64,000 nucleotides of DNA from Thermoproteota archaeon (GTDB lineage: Archaea; Thermoproteota; EX4484-205; JAAOZP01): positions 1-64,000 of the forward strand of contig JBNAVT010000001.1 in assembly GCA_049700215.1 (NCBI GenBank), given 5' to 3'. The position numbers and the translations under genes are program-made. Within the stretch, counting starts at the first letter, position 1; each line of letters starts with the position of its first letter. Positions 9,517 through 18,103 of the stretch are shown piece by piece. The notes under the pieces are model-generated. The model was not told the origin of the DNA, did no database searches, and saw nothing but the letters and a program-made list of their open reading frames with translations.

Positions 9517-9869
9517 CGCCGGTTTAAAACAAACCCGTTGCCAGTGGTTCTCACAGCGTATGTTCCACCCGGCTCTAAAGACGTGCTGTTAAACCTGTAT
9601 TTCCAAGTCCCGTTGAGAACCAGAGTCTCCTGAATCAGCACAGTGTATTCGTCATCCTTAAGCAGGATTGAATAGTTAAACAAGGGTATTCTAGGGATGG
9701 TCAGGATGAACTCTCCCCCGTACTCCGCTGAAAGATCAGCGTATTCTCCTATTAAAAACAGGATGCTGTTAAAAACCTTGTTTAAGAAAAACGTTCTAAG
9801 ACTGTTTGCCGCGTGAAGCAGTGTAAAGCTCACTACGAGTGTTAAAGACATCCAGAGAGCATCTTTCAA
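9513..9869 (-). CDS. Pilin-like membrane-anchored protein
   Basis: N-terminal TM then beta-rich domain; frame stays open upstream to a possible CTG start after GGTGA (LNEILEEHL). Confidence 0.55.
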   Translation of the reverse strand: MKDALWMSLTLVVSFTLLHAANSLRTFFLNKVFNSILFLIGEYADLSAEYGGEFILTIPRIPLFNYSILLKDDEYTVLIQETLVLNGTWKYRFNSTSLEPGGTYAVRTTGNGFVLNRR

Positions 9870-9905
9870 ATGCTCCTCGAGAATTTCGTTCAGGCTGTTT
9901 CACCC

Positions 9906-10049
9906 CTAGCCGGTGGCAAGCAATTTAACCACACTTTCATAAATCTGCTTAAGCATGGGTATCACCCGTTCTGATAAATAGGCTATGCCCAGTCCAAGGA
10001 GTATTGCGGAGAGCAGCATTACTAGGGTTTTCTCAAGCAGGCTACTCAT
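9906..10049 (-). CDS. 47-aa Flp-like pilin candidate (not in ORF track)
   Basis: MSSLLEKTLVMLLSAILLGLGIAYLSERVIPMLKQIYESVVKLLATG preceded by GAGGGGTG RBS. Confidence 0.65.
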   Translation of the reverse strand: MSSLLEKTLVMLLSAILLGLGIAYLSERVIPMLKQIYESVVKLLATG

Positions 10050-10130
10050 AGCCACCCCTCTCCTTGAGCCGCCTAGCCTCTACGTTCATTTTTAAATTCA
10101 AGCTATACTAGCGTCTCAAGCCTTATAACC

Positions 10131-10144
10131 GCCAACGGGTTGGC
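10131..10144. promoter_or_regulatory. Palindrome GCCAAC-GG-GTTGGC in divergent promoter of pilus locus
   Basis: Perfect 6-bp inverted repeat next to TTATAA in the 10050-10185 intergenic region. Confidence 0.35.
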
Positions 10145-10185
10145 ATTGGAGGATAAATACGTTTTTTCACTACTCTGGTTTGGAG

Positions 10186-10335
10186 ATGATCTCCCAGGAT
10201 GATCTGCTGGTCAACGCAATACTTCAGGAGATAGAGGATTTGAAAGTGAGCATAGGGAAGTTGAACAATAAGATTCTAAATCTTGAGAAGAAGTATCGCG
10301 AGCTGAGCGAATTCGTAAGGGTTACTTCAAAATGA
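10186..10335 (+). CDS. 49-aa coiled-coil protein (not in ORF track)
   Basis: MISQDDLLVNAILQEIEDLKVSIGKLNNKILNLEKKYRELSEFVRVTSK; heptad pattern; ATGA overlap with ATPase start. Confidence 0.65.
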   Translation: MISQDDLLVNAILQEIEDLKVSIGKLNNKILNLEKKYRELSEFVRVTSK

Positions 10336-12212
10336 GCAGTATCCAACAAGGTTTCCTCCATGCTGGTTTTGAAAGAAAATGGGCTTGGAACAGTAGGGAT
10401 AAGGCCCTGCTCCTATCATACTCAGAAACCCCGGAGACAGACCCTTGGCTTATCTGTGATATTATGCATAAGCTCACGTATTTTAAGCCGGAGAAAATAC
10501 TGGTGCGTGTCAAGGACCGTTTGCTCGAAGCCCGGGAGGAATATGTTGAGCTGATGAAGGGCTTATCTGGGAAGGTTGAAAAGGAGAAGAAAGAGCTTTA
10601 CAAAAGGCTTTTAGAGGAATATGAGGAGAACAGGCTCGACTTGAATAGTGCTCGAGGAATGCTTTCTATTAGACCCTTTCATGGAAGCGTATACTCTAAG
10701 CTGTTGCTGCGTTTCCCAGCGCCTGCTGAACTTTTCACCGATCACGGTGCTCAAGGATTTGAAAAGGTTTTTCACGGGCCAAGTAGGGCTGAGCATAGCT
10801 ACGTAGTGGGGCACCTGCTATACTGTGTAGACTCTGAAAAAGGCTCCTACAGGGTTTTCTTCAAGTCTGACGATTACTTCTGGGTTGAGAAGGAGCTTTC
10901 AAAAATTCTACGCTTTGCCTACTCGACTAGAATGCTCAGAACCGGGAGGCTTAAAGACATTTTTAGCTACCGGTTTAAAGCCGGCTTACGGCTTCTGGGG
11001 GTGTTAACAAGCTGGGAAGCAGCGGAGCCGGCAAGCTCCATAGTCAGTCATGCTGTATACTCTTCTATAGGCTTGTCGAAAATATATCCGTTGGTGAACG
11101 ATAACAATGTGCAGTGTTTCTTCCTAGACGATGTTGGGGAGAGGCTTTACGTGGACCACGCCCGTTTCGGAAGGCTTAGCACGAACCTCGTGTTTAAAGA
11201 GAGGGATTTTGAAAGCCTCGTGTCCCTCGTGAAGAGAGAGTCTGGACTGAACCTGGATTACTCTAACCCCTCGATTAAAACCGCTATTGTCTTCAACAGG
11301 GTTTTGACAAGGGTTTCGATAGATATTCCTCCCCTAACGCTGGGGAGAGGCGTGTTAGATGTGCGGAAACACGTGGCGAGCGTGCTTCACCTACGGGACC
11401 TTTTGGAATCAGGATATTTCTCGGTTGAGGCTGCAGCATTCTTAATCTTCGCCATTCTTAACCGTGCTAACGTCTCTATTGTAGGAGAGCCTAGCTCCGG
11501 GAAAACCTCTCTCCTTAACTTTCTAAGCTACTTCGCTCCCTCATGGTGGCGCATAGTTCATATTGAGGATGCTCTTGAAACCCTTCCGCCCAGGGTTTTC
11601 GACCAGCATAGAGTAGTATATATTGTAGACCCTTTTGAAAGCAGGGGGAGAAGCGATACTAAGACGTTTGAAATAGTTAAGAGTCTGCACAGGACTCCCT
11701 CCTACCTTATTCTGGGAGAGATTCAAACCGGGAGCCATGTTAAGGCTATGTTCCGCGCTGTCTCAGCCGGCCTAAGGATAATGCATACTGCGCACGCCTC
11801 GTCCAGCAAGGGCTTTGTTAAAAGGCTTGTAGACGTTCATAACATTCCGAGGATACTGGTTTCAGAGCTTGATCTAATAATAGTTATGAAGAGGATTGAG
11901 GCGAATAATTTTGTTAAAAGGTTTATCGGGGAAATAGCTGGGATAAGTGGGAATTCAAGCATCACCGAAATTTTTTCAAGACGTACCGCCACGGATGAGT
12001 TGTGCTGCTACCCTGGGCTAGAAGCCTCAAGGCTTTTCGAGAAACTAGCTTGCTTAAACTATGTCGATGAGAAAAATCTTTACGAGGAATATGAAGACAT
12101 TTTAAGAGTGGTTGATAAGAACCTTTTTTCAGATAATTTCACCGTTAAAAGGCTTGTTCAGAAAATCCATATGGAAATGCTTGGGAAGTCTGGGGGAGGT
12201 TTTCAAAAGTGA
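10332..12212 (+). CDS. Type IV/Tad pilus assembly ATPase (VirB11/CpaF family)
   Basis: Walker A GEPSSGKT, Asp box HIEDALE, LILGEI, His box MHTAHA. Confidence 0.9.
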   Translation: MSSIQQGFLHAGFERKWAWNSRDKALLLSYSETPETDPWLICDIMHKLTYFKPEKILVRVKDRLLEAREEYVELMKGLSGKVEKEKKELYKRLLEEYEENRLDLNSARGMLSIRPFHGSVYSKLLLRFPAPAELFTDHGAQGFEKVFHGPSRAEHSYVVGHLLYCVDSEKGSYRVFFKSDDYFWVEKELSKILRFAYSTRMLRTGRLKDIFSYRFKAGLRLLGVLTSWEAAEPASSIVSHAVYSSIGLSKIYPLVNDNNVQCFFLDDVGERLYVDHARFGRLSTNLVFKERDFESLVSLVKRESGLNLDYSNPSIKTAIVFNRVLTRVSIDIPPLTLGRGVLDVRKHVASVLHLRDLLESGYFSVEAAAFLIFAILNRANVSIVGEPSSGKTSLLNFLSYFAPSWWRIVHIEDALETLPPRVFDQHRVVYIVDPFESRGRSDTKTFEIVKSLHRTPSYLILGEIQTGSHVKAMFRAVSAGLRIMHTAHASSSKGFVKRLVDVHNIPRILVSELDLIIVMKRIEANNFVKRFIGEIAGISGNSSITEIFSRRTATDELCCYPGLEASRLFEKLACLNYVDEKNLYEEYEDILRVVDKNLFSDNFTVKRLVQKIHMEMLGKSGGGFQK

Positions 12213-12775
12213 TCCTGCAAGGGCTTTTAAAGAAAATGTTCAACAATGAGGATAAGCATGCTTACGAGTTAATGACTCCAATCATAGCTGAAATAATGAT
12301 AGCACAATCCGCCTATAACAATCTTTATAGGACTATTCTCGACGTTTCAAGCAAAAACTATGAGGAGGTTTCCAGGGTCTTGCGCTATTGTCTTGAACAG
12401 AATCTGAACGGCGTGGGCGTTCAGAAATCGCTGAACACGGTTCTCCGGGAACACCCGGATCTGCTCAACACGATTATCCATGTGGTTCAAAACACTCCTA
12501 AGCGGGGAGTCGACCCCGAGGAGACACTGATGTTCTTCAGGATCCTTGAGTCGAAAGCCAGGATGAAATACCGTGAGTACACGTTAAAGCTGAACTCCAT
12601 AGTTTCCGTTTTCTTCTTCTACGTGTTTCTTGTCCCAACACCGGTAATACTGGCCTCCGGGTTTTCGCCGGGGGCTTCAACAGTCTTATTCTCAGCGTTC
12701 CTCATCGTAAGCATGATTGTGTTCAGGTTCTTCTTCAACAAGATTGGTAGGATTAGAGGTGTCCTACTGGGTTGA
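12209..12775 (+). CDS. TadB/GspF-like membrane platform protein
   Basis: Helical soluble domain plus two C-terminal TM helices, coupled to ATPase. Confidence 0.6.
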   Translation: MILQGLLKKMFNNEDKHAYELMTPIIAEIMIAQSAYNNLYRTILDVSSKNYEEVSRVLRYCLEQNLNGVGVQKSLNTVLREHPDLLNTIIHVVQNTPKRGVDPEETLMFFRILESKARMKYREYTLKLNSIVSVFFFYVFLVPTPVILASGFSPGASTVLFSAFLIVSMIVFRFFFNKIGRIRGVLLG

Positions 12776-13569
12776 GGAAAATACACTTGTTTCTAGTAAT
12801 AGGTTTCGGGTCACTTGCCTTTTTAATGCCTGTTTTAAAGCTTAAACCGTACGTCGCATGCTCGATACAACTCTTAGTCTACACGCTCATACTGACCCGG
12901 AGGAGGAGAGACGATGGTGAAAACCTGGCGGAGACCGTTGACTTAACGCTAATAGGGAGGTTGGCAGACTGTCCTGAAAACCTGAACCTTGAAAGCTCAG
13001 TTTTCAAAACCCTGTCAGACTCGGATCTTGAAACAGAGTACCGTGGTCTCTTCGAGAAAGCTGCGCTCAGAAGCATAAATGGGCACCCGGTGGTGGAAAC
13101 CTTAATCTCACATTCCAGTGGGCTTGGTAAAACAGGAAGGCTTCTACTCATGCTTGCTTCAAGCCTTTTCGCCAAGGATGCCGTCTCCGCTAAAAGAATT
13201 CTGAAGAGCTATGTGTTTCTACTCAGGGAAAACGAGGCTTTGAAGAACGAGAGGCGGACCCTGTTTTCAGAAGCCAGGTTCAGGGCTAGAATAATGCTTA
13301 TAGTAAGCGCCTCTTTAATGGGTTTCCTCTCTGCTGCAACCCCTGTTCTCAACGCTTTCTCAACTTTTTCACCTACACCTGTTTTCCAGAGCGATCCCTC
13401 GCAGCTTCTCTCTCTCTTCCTCTACGTGTTAAGCATCTCCATACTCGTCCACCGCTCCCTAGCCTTCAGAACGCTTGCTAAAACAATGTTTTACTCAGCT
13501 TTCAGCTTCGCAGCATCATTCCTGGTTTTCAACAGTATGATCAGCAGCTTCGCGGCGCAAGTCGGCTGA
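12772..13569 (+). CDS. TadC/GspF-like membrane platform protein
   Basis: 2 N-terminal TM, helical domain with basic ERR..EARFRAR, 3 C-terminal TM. Confidence 0.6.
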   Translation: MRKIHLFLVIGFGSLAFLMPVLKLKPYVACSIQLLVYTLILTRRRRDDGENLAETVDLTLIGRLADCPENLNLESSVFKTLSDSDLETEYRGLFEKAALRSINGHPVVETLISHSSGLGKTGRLLLMLASSLFAKDAVSAKRILKSYVFLLRENEALKNERRTLFSEARFRARIMLIVSASLMGFLSAATPVLNAFSTFSPTPVFQSDPSQLLSLFLYVLSISILVHRSLAFRTLAKTMFYSAFSFAASFLVFNSMISSFAAQVG

Positions 13570-13613
13570 AGCCATTGGCGCTTAAATTGTTTGAGAATAC
13601 TGTATTTATCGGG

Positions 13614-13817
13614 TTGACGAGAATCTGGAAAACCAGGTTGAAGGCGTCGCAGCTCATTGAGGAGGGTCTGCTGATAGTGTTAGCCTTAGTCATGCTAGGG
13701 GCCGTCTTCGGAGTCTCCAGGCAAATCGTGGACAACATATCCGACTTCTTCAACTCTCTAATAGAGGAAGTGGGCAGTCTGGGTCAAAGCCTATTCGGCT
13801 GGCTGCTGCCTAAGTAA
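13614..13817 (+). CDS. Small Flp-like major pilin with class III signal peptide
   Basis: Basic leader KTRLKA / SQLIEEGLLIVLALVM (Q+2, E+5); 56-aa mature form; TATA-like CTTAAAT about 30 nt upstream. Confidence 0.7.
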   Translation: MTRIWKTRLKASQLIEEGLLIVLALVMLGAVFGVSRQIVDNISDFFNSLIEEVGSLGQSLFGWLLPK

Positions 13818-15622
13818 TGGCTGGCGGCAAGAATAGAAAGTGGGACCCGACATACATGATCGTAGCCATAGTACTGCTGATAAGCGTGTTGAAAAACGCT
13901 TCAAGCCCCCAGTTTTTTTCAAGCCTCTCCTCACCGGGGGTTGTTCAAACAGTCTCCCTGCTAATCCTGCTACTCCCAGTGTTTCTCCTCCTTTTTCACA
14001 AGCGGTCGAGCCTTGTTCAACACTTGTCTTTCAGAGAAAGCGATGATTACTTCGTCGCGAAAACGGGTTCGTCGGAGCTTGTGATAGGAGCGGTTTCAAT
14101 ACTTCCAGAGGAGGGTTCTGATAGGATCGGAGCCGGGGAGGAGGACTTCTACATCAGGACCAGGGGCCTTGTTAACGGGCTTCTTAAAGCAGGTGTCTCA
14201 ATAACGTTTGTGACCCACATGCTTCCCTCGGGAAACCCTGACGAGGATGCTCTCCTCGCCCAGCTGCTTGTGGTCAGCAGGGAAATAGGGCGGGGAGGGG
14301 TTGAGGAAGCGGTGAAAATGCTTGGAACAGATTTTGAAAAGATAAGATCTGTCTACAACACTGTTTTCCCCGGGTTAAAGCTCGTCAGGCTGAGGGGGAA
14401 GGACCTGCTTAAATACTTGAGGCGGATCCTGGTGGATGATTCCGTTATTCAGAGGGTTAAGGCAGATGACTCTGTTAAGCTTCTCACACCCCACATGCCT
14501 GACGATGAGCTCTGTTTCCTATCGTCCTCCTACAGGCCTTCGGCGGATCCTGGTGAAAACAGGGAGATCATTAGCCTCGGGTCGATTGTTTTCAACGGTT
14601 CAAAGATCATTCCTTTTAGGCTGGAGGCAGACAAGTTTAAGAAGCATATGGCTGTCTACGGTTCAACGGGATCCGGTAAGACGACAACTGTAAAGCATGT
14701 TTTAAGGGAGCTCGCTCGCCTCAAATACCCTTTTATGGTTCTAGACTGGCATAACGAGTACAGGCGTCTGGCTGAGGAGCTAAACGGCATTGTTTTTTCA
14801 CCCGGTTCTTTCTCCATAGACATACTTAACCCGATTGAGGCGAACAGCCTGTCTGAGCACGTAGCCATAGTTACAGATATTTTCGACCAGATATACGGCT
14901 TCACACCCTCCCAGTCATACATGTTTAGAGAGGTGCTTCTTCAAACACTCACGGAAAAAGAGCTCGGTATACCCGTTTCAAGCCTTCTCCGGGGGCTTGT
15001 AGAAACTTTGGAGAGGTGGAGCATTAAATCGTTCTACGAGAACGAGACAAAGTTCGCGCTTCTAAGAAGGCTGAGGCCCTTGGTAACCGGGCAGAGCGGG
15101 GAAATATTCTGCAACACGAGTAGGCTGGTGAAGATCGAAGACATTATAGATAGGAACGTGGTTTTTGAGCTGGGGGACATAGTTGAGGTGGATGTTCGTA
15201 AGCTGGTTTCGCTCTTCATCCTGGCGCTTCTCTACGAGTTCAGGGTTAAAAACGCAAGTACTAGGGGACACTTCACCGTGGTTGAGGAGGCGCATAATAT
15301 TCTGCCGTACAGGAGGCGTGACTCTCCACCGGGGATTGCTGAAAAACTTTTCTTGGAGATGAGAAAGTTTAACGAGAGCCTGATACTTGTGTCGCAGTTC
15401 CCGTCGCAAATCTCCCCTGAAATAGTTAAGTCCACAAGCCTGAAAATATCCCACAGGATATGCGAGGGGGAGGAGTCAAGGGTTCTGACAGACATAATGG
15501 GTCTTTCCCCCGGGGACTATGAGCTTCTTAAGAGGCAGATGCCGGGATACGGGTTCCTGACGGCGGAGGGCTTTCCCAAACCCGTGTTTTTCACCACGGG
15601 GCTTAACGGAAAAGGAAGCTAA
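13817..15622 (+). CDS. Membrane-anchored HerA/FtsK/VirB4-like ATPase (DUF87)
   Basis: Two N-terminal TM helices; VYGSTGSGKT, LDWHNEY, VVEEAH, EMRKF, VSQFP. Confidence 0.85.
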   Translation: MAGGKNRKWDPTYMIVAIVLLISVLKNASSPQFFSSLSSPGVVQTVSLLILLLPVFLLLFHKRSSLVQHLSFRESDDYFVAKTGSSELVIGAVSILPEEGSDRIGAGEEDFYIRTRGLVNGLLKAGVSITFVTHMLPSGNPDEDALLAQLLVVSREIGRGGVEEAVKMLGTDFEKIRSVYNTVFPGLKLVRLRGKDLLKYLRRILVDDSVIQRVKADDSVKLLTPHMPDDELCFLSSSYRPSADPGENREIISLGSIVFNGSKIIPFRLEADKFKKHMAVYGSTGSGKTTTVKHVLRELARLKYPFMVLDWHNEYRRLAEELNGIVFSPGSFSIDILNPIEANSLSEHVAIVTDIFDQIYGFTPSQSYMFREVLLQTLTEKELGIPVSSLLRGLVETLERWSIKSFYENETKFALLRRLRPLVTGQSGEIFCNTSRLVKIEDIIDRNVVFELGDIVEVDVRKLVSLFILALLYEFRVKNASTRGHFTVVEEAHNILPYRRRDSPPGIAEKLFLEMRKFNESLILVSQFPSQISPEIVKSTSLKISHRICEGEESRVLTDIMGLSPGDYELLKRQMPGYGFLTAEGFPKPVFFTTGLNGKGS

Positions 15623-16202
15623 TTTTACCAGGGTTCTTCAGGAGGAAGTCAGCCCAGTCAACCGTGTCACCCCTACACTTGAAACCGTATCTGTAACACT
15701 TCATGAACCTAGCGTAGGTTTCCCCAACACTAGCACCAGTCGTATCCAGCTGTACGATTCTCTTTCTCTTCAAGTGGAGCTTCGCCATCAGGTAGCAGTA
15801 GTCCGTAATCTCGGATTCCACGTTCCTTCTCGCCTTCTCCTCACTGTATCCCTTTATGCTGCGGAGCCTGCGCCAGAGAACATCTGGTCTACATCTTAGG
15901 ACAAGACAGTAGTTAACGTGCTCTGCCGGAGAAACTTCCGCCGCGTAATGGCCATCTATCAGGAGGCGAACGCCTTCTCCAACACTGTTTGAAACATGCT
16001 TGCGCAGAGCCTTTTTCAAAATGTTCACGTCAACAATACTGGTTTCCAAAGAATCGTCATAACCAGCGATCGCGTTAGCCTCCGCCGCGAACCTGCCTAG
16101 ATCCAGGTGAATCCAGCCCTTATTCCTGCTAACAATGTGTCTACACAAGGATGTCTTGCCGGTTCCGGGAGTACCAGTCACCACTATTACCTTGCTCCTC
16201 AC
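15603..16202 (-). CDS. Adenylate kinase AK6/Fap7 family
   Basis: VTGTPGTGKT, IDGHY, VLRCRP, GYSEEK..NVESEI. Confidence 0.88.
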   Translation of the reverse strand: MRSKVIVVTGTPGTGKTSLCRHIVSRNKGWIHLDLGRFAAEANAIAGYDDSLETSIVDVNILKKALRKHVSNSVGEGVRLLIDGHYAAEVSPAEHVNYCLVLRCRPDVLWRRLRSIKGYSEEKARRNVESEITDYCYLMAKLHLKRKRIVQLDTTGASVGETYARFMKCYRYGFKCRGDTVDWADFLLKNPGKISFLFR

Positions 16203-16298
16203 AGCTTAAGCTGAGCATACGGGTTATAAAAGTTCAACGGCTCCGAATATTTTTTAAACAGCAAAAGATTTAATTCCCCCTTTGAAGAATGTTTCCCA

Positions 16299-16373
16299 GC
16301 TCCGATGGTGTAGCCCGGTCAAGCATACGAGCCTCTCGAGCTCGGGGCCCGGGTTCAAATCCCGGTCGGAGCA
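16299..16373 (+). tRNA. tRNA-Glu(CTC)
   Basis: GCTCCGA acceptor, CGAGC-CTCTCGA-GCTCG anticodon arm, GGTTCAAATCC. Confidence 0.95.
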
Positions 16374-16872
16374 TTTTAAATATTTTTATCTTCTTTTTCA
16401 AAACGCTTAAACTAAGCATCACCATCCCCTTCCTTGGGCTCACCGCATAAGCCCAAGTAGTGTGTTTTCACAGGAGCCTTTAAATCCGAATAAGGTAATA
16501 AATTGGGGTAATGGTCCTGCTATGAGGAGAGGATAGTGTGGGTTTGATGGTTATAAGGCTTATTTCCTTTGCAAACGATTCCCTAAAGCGTGCTAAACTC
16601 AGATACGGGTGTTTCTGATCCAAGCTCATAGCTTTTCTTGCAGTGGTGTTTCTAGGACGCGTGATTTTTCAGGATTTAGAGTTTTCTTGTCTAAAGTAGT
16701 TTCCGGCGAGTCATTGGGAAAGCTGAGTGTGGGAAATGCTTCAAGCAGTATGGCGAACATTAGGAAATTTCATTCTTGCATTCCTGGGTTTCGTCCCCGT
16801 TTTAAAAACCGGTTTAACATTTTTCAGTGAATTAGTAAAGTTCAAATACTTTTAGAAAATTGGTGGGGAGAG

Positions 16873-18057
16873 TTGGAACCAAGAGGATCGAGCCGTGCAC
16901 TATTAACTTTATCAGTAGTCGGCGGACTGGTATGGGCTTCATTCGCACCCTTCACCCTTTTATTCGGCATCTACCTGAGATCTCAGGGATTATCCTATAC
17001 CTCTATCGGTCTGCTCATGACTATAACTAGCCTTCTTTCCTCCCTTCTTCAACCGGTATTCGGCGCTATTACCGATAAGTATCGCAACAGGAAAGTCATC
17101 GTTTCCACTTCTCTTCTCGTTAGGAGTTTAGCATATCTGTTTCTATTGCTGTCGGCTGACGTTATAAGCATGTCAATATGGTATATTGTTGCCGGCTTGT
17201 TTCTAGCCGGGTTCATGCCGCTCGCCCAGTCCATGGTTGCCGATCTTTCTGAAAACAATCGGCTCGGGGTTTCAATGGGAAGATACAGACTGTTTGGATC
17301 CATGGGTTGGGCAGCCGCCTGTATTCTCACGGGTTTGCTTGCCAGAGACCGCTTGTGGAACATTTTTCCAGTCGCCTTAGTGTTCTCCACCCTGTCTTTT
17401 CTGGTGAGCCTGTTCCTGCCCAGGGTTGAGAGCGATAGGAGGAGCCGCCACGAGAATATTCAGGAAAGAAGAGACTCGTCTGTTAGACTCGCCGCCTGCT
17501 TCACAGCAAGCATTTTAATATCGGGAGTAGGTATGGGGGCGACATCCTCATTCCTAACTATTTCACTATCGCAGCTGGGCAGCGACCCTCTTTTCATGGG
17601 CGTGGTGATCGCTTTAGGGGCTCTTCTCGAGGTTCCAGCCATGTACTTGGGGGGCAGGCTCTCCGACCGGATCGGAGGTATTCCAGTCTTAGTCTTGGGC
17701 GAAATAGGCTTGGGCATGGTTTACTGGCTCTACGGGACCGTTAGGAACCTTTACAGCTACCTGCTTATTCAGAGTGTTAGAGGCGTACTCTACGCGTTTT
17801 TCACCGTCTCAGGAATGTCGATCAGCTCAAGCCTTGGAGGAAGCAGGAGAAGAGGGCTTTACGCTGGCTTTTACAATCTTTCACTTCAACTGGGAACAGC
17901 CTCCGGCCCCTACTTTGGCGGCATGGTTTCGGATTACCAGGGATTATGGGCCATGTTTGCACTCTCTTCAGCCTTGTCCGTGGTCTCCGCAATGCTTCTC
18001 ACCCCGTGGATAATGGGAAATCGTAAAAAAGGAGTACGGCAGAGTGTTTTAGGCTAG
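16873..18057 (+). CDS. MFS transporter
   Basis: About 12 TM helices, GAITDKYRNRK and GRLSDRIG motif A copies. Confidence 0.9.
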   Translation: MEPRGSSRALLTLSVVGGLVWASFAPFTLLFGIYLRSQGLSYTSIGLLMTITSLLSSLLQPVFGAITDKYRNRKVIVSTSLLVRSLAYLFLLLSADVISMSIWYIVAGLFLAGFMPLAQSMVADLSENNRLGVSMGRYRLFGSMGWAAACILTGLLARDRLWNIFPVALVFSTLSFLVSLFLPRVESDRRSRHENIQERRDSSVRLAACFTASILISGVGMGATSSFLTISLSQLGSDPLFMGVVIALGALLEVPAMYLGGRLSDRIGGIPVLVLGEIGLGMVYWLYGTVRNLYSYLLIQSVRGVLYAFFTVSGMSISSSLGGSRRRGLYAGFYNLSLQLGTASGPYFGGMVSDYQGLWAMFALSSALSVVSAMLLTPWIMGNRKKGVRQSVLG

Positions 18058-18103
18058 AGTAAACCTTTAATGAAGCGTTAAAAAACAGGGCATTCGTTAA
18101 GGC

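Noticed and set aside
16380-16860. ORF 16609-16830 and hairpin CTTGGGCT/AGCCCAAG after tRNA-Glu
   Set aside because: No recognisable product; probably decayed accessory DNA with only a half-site (GCGTGCTAAA) of the palindrome
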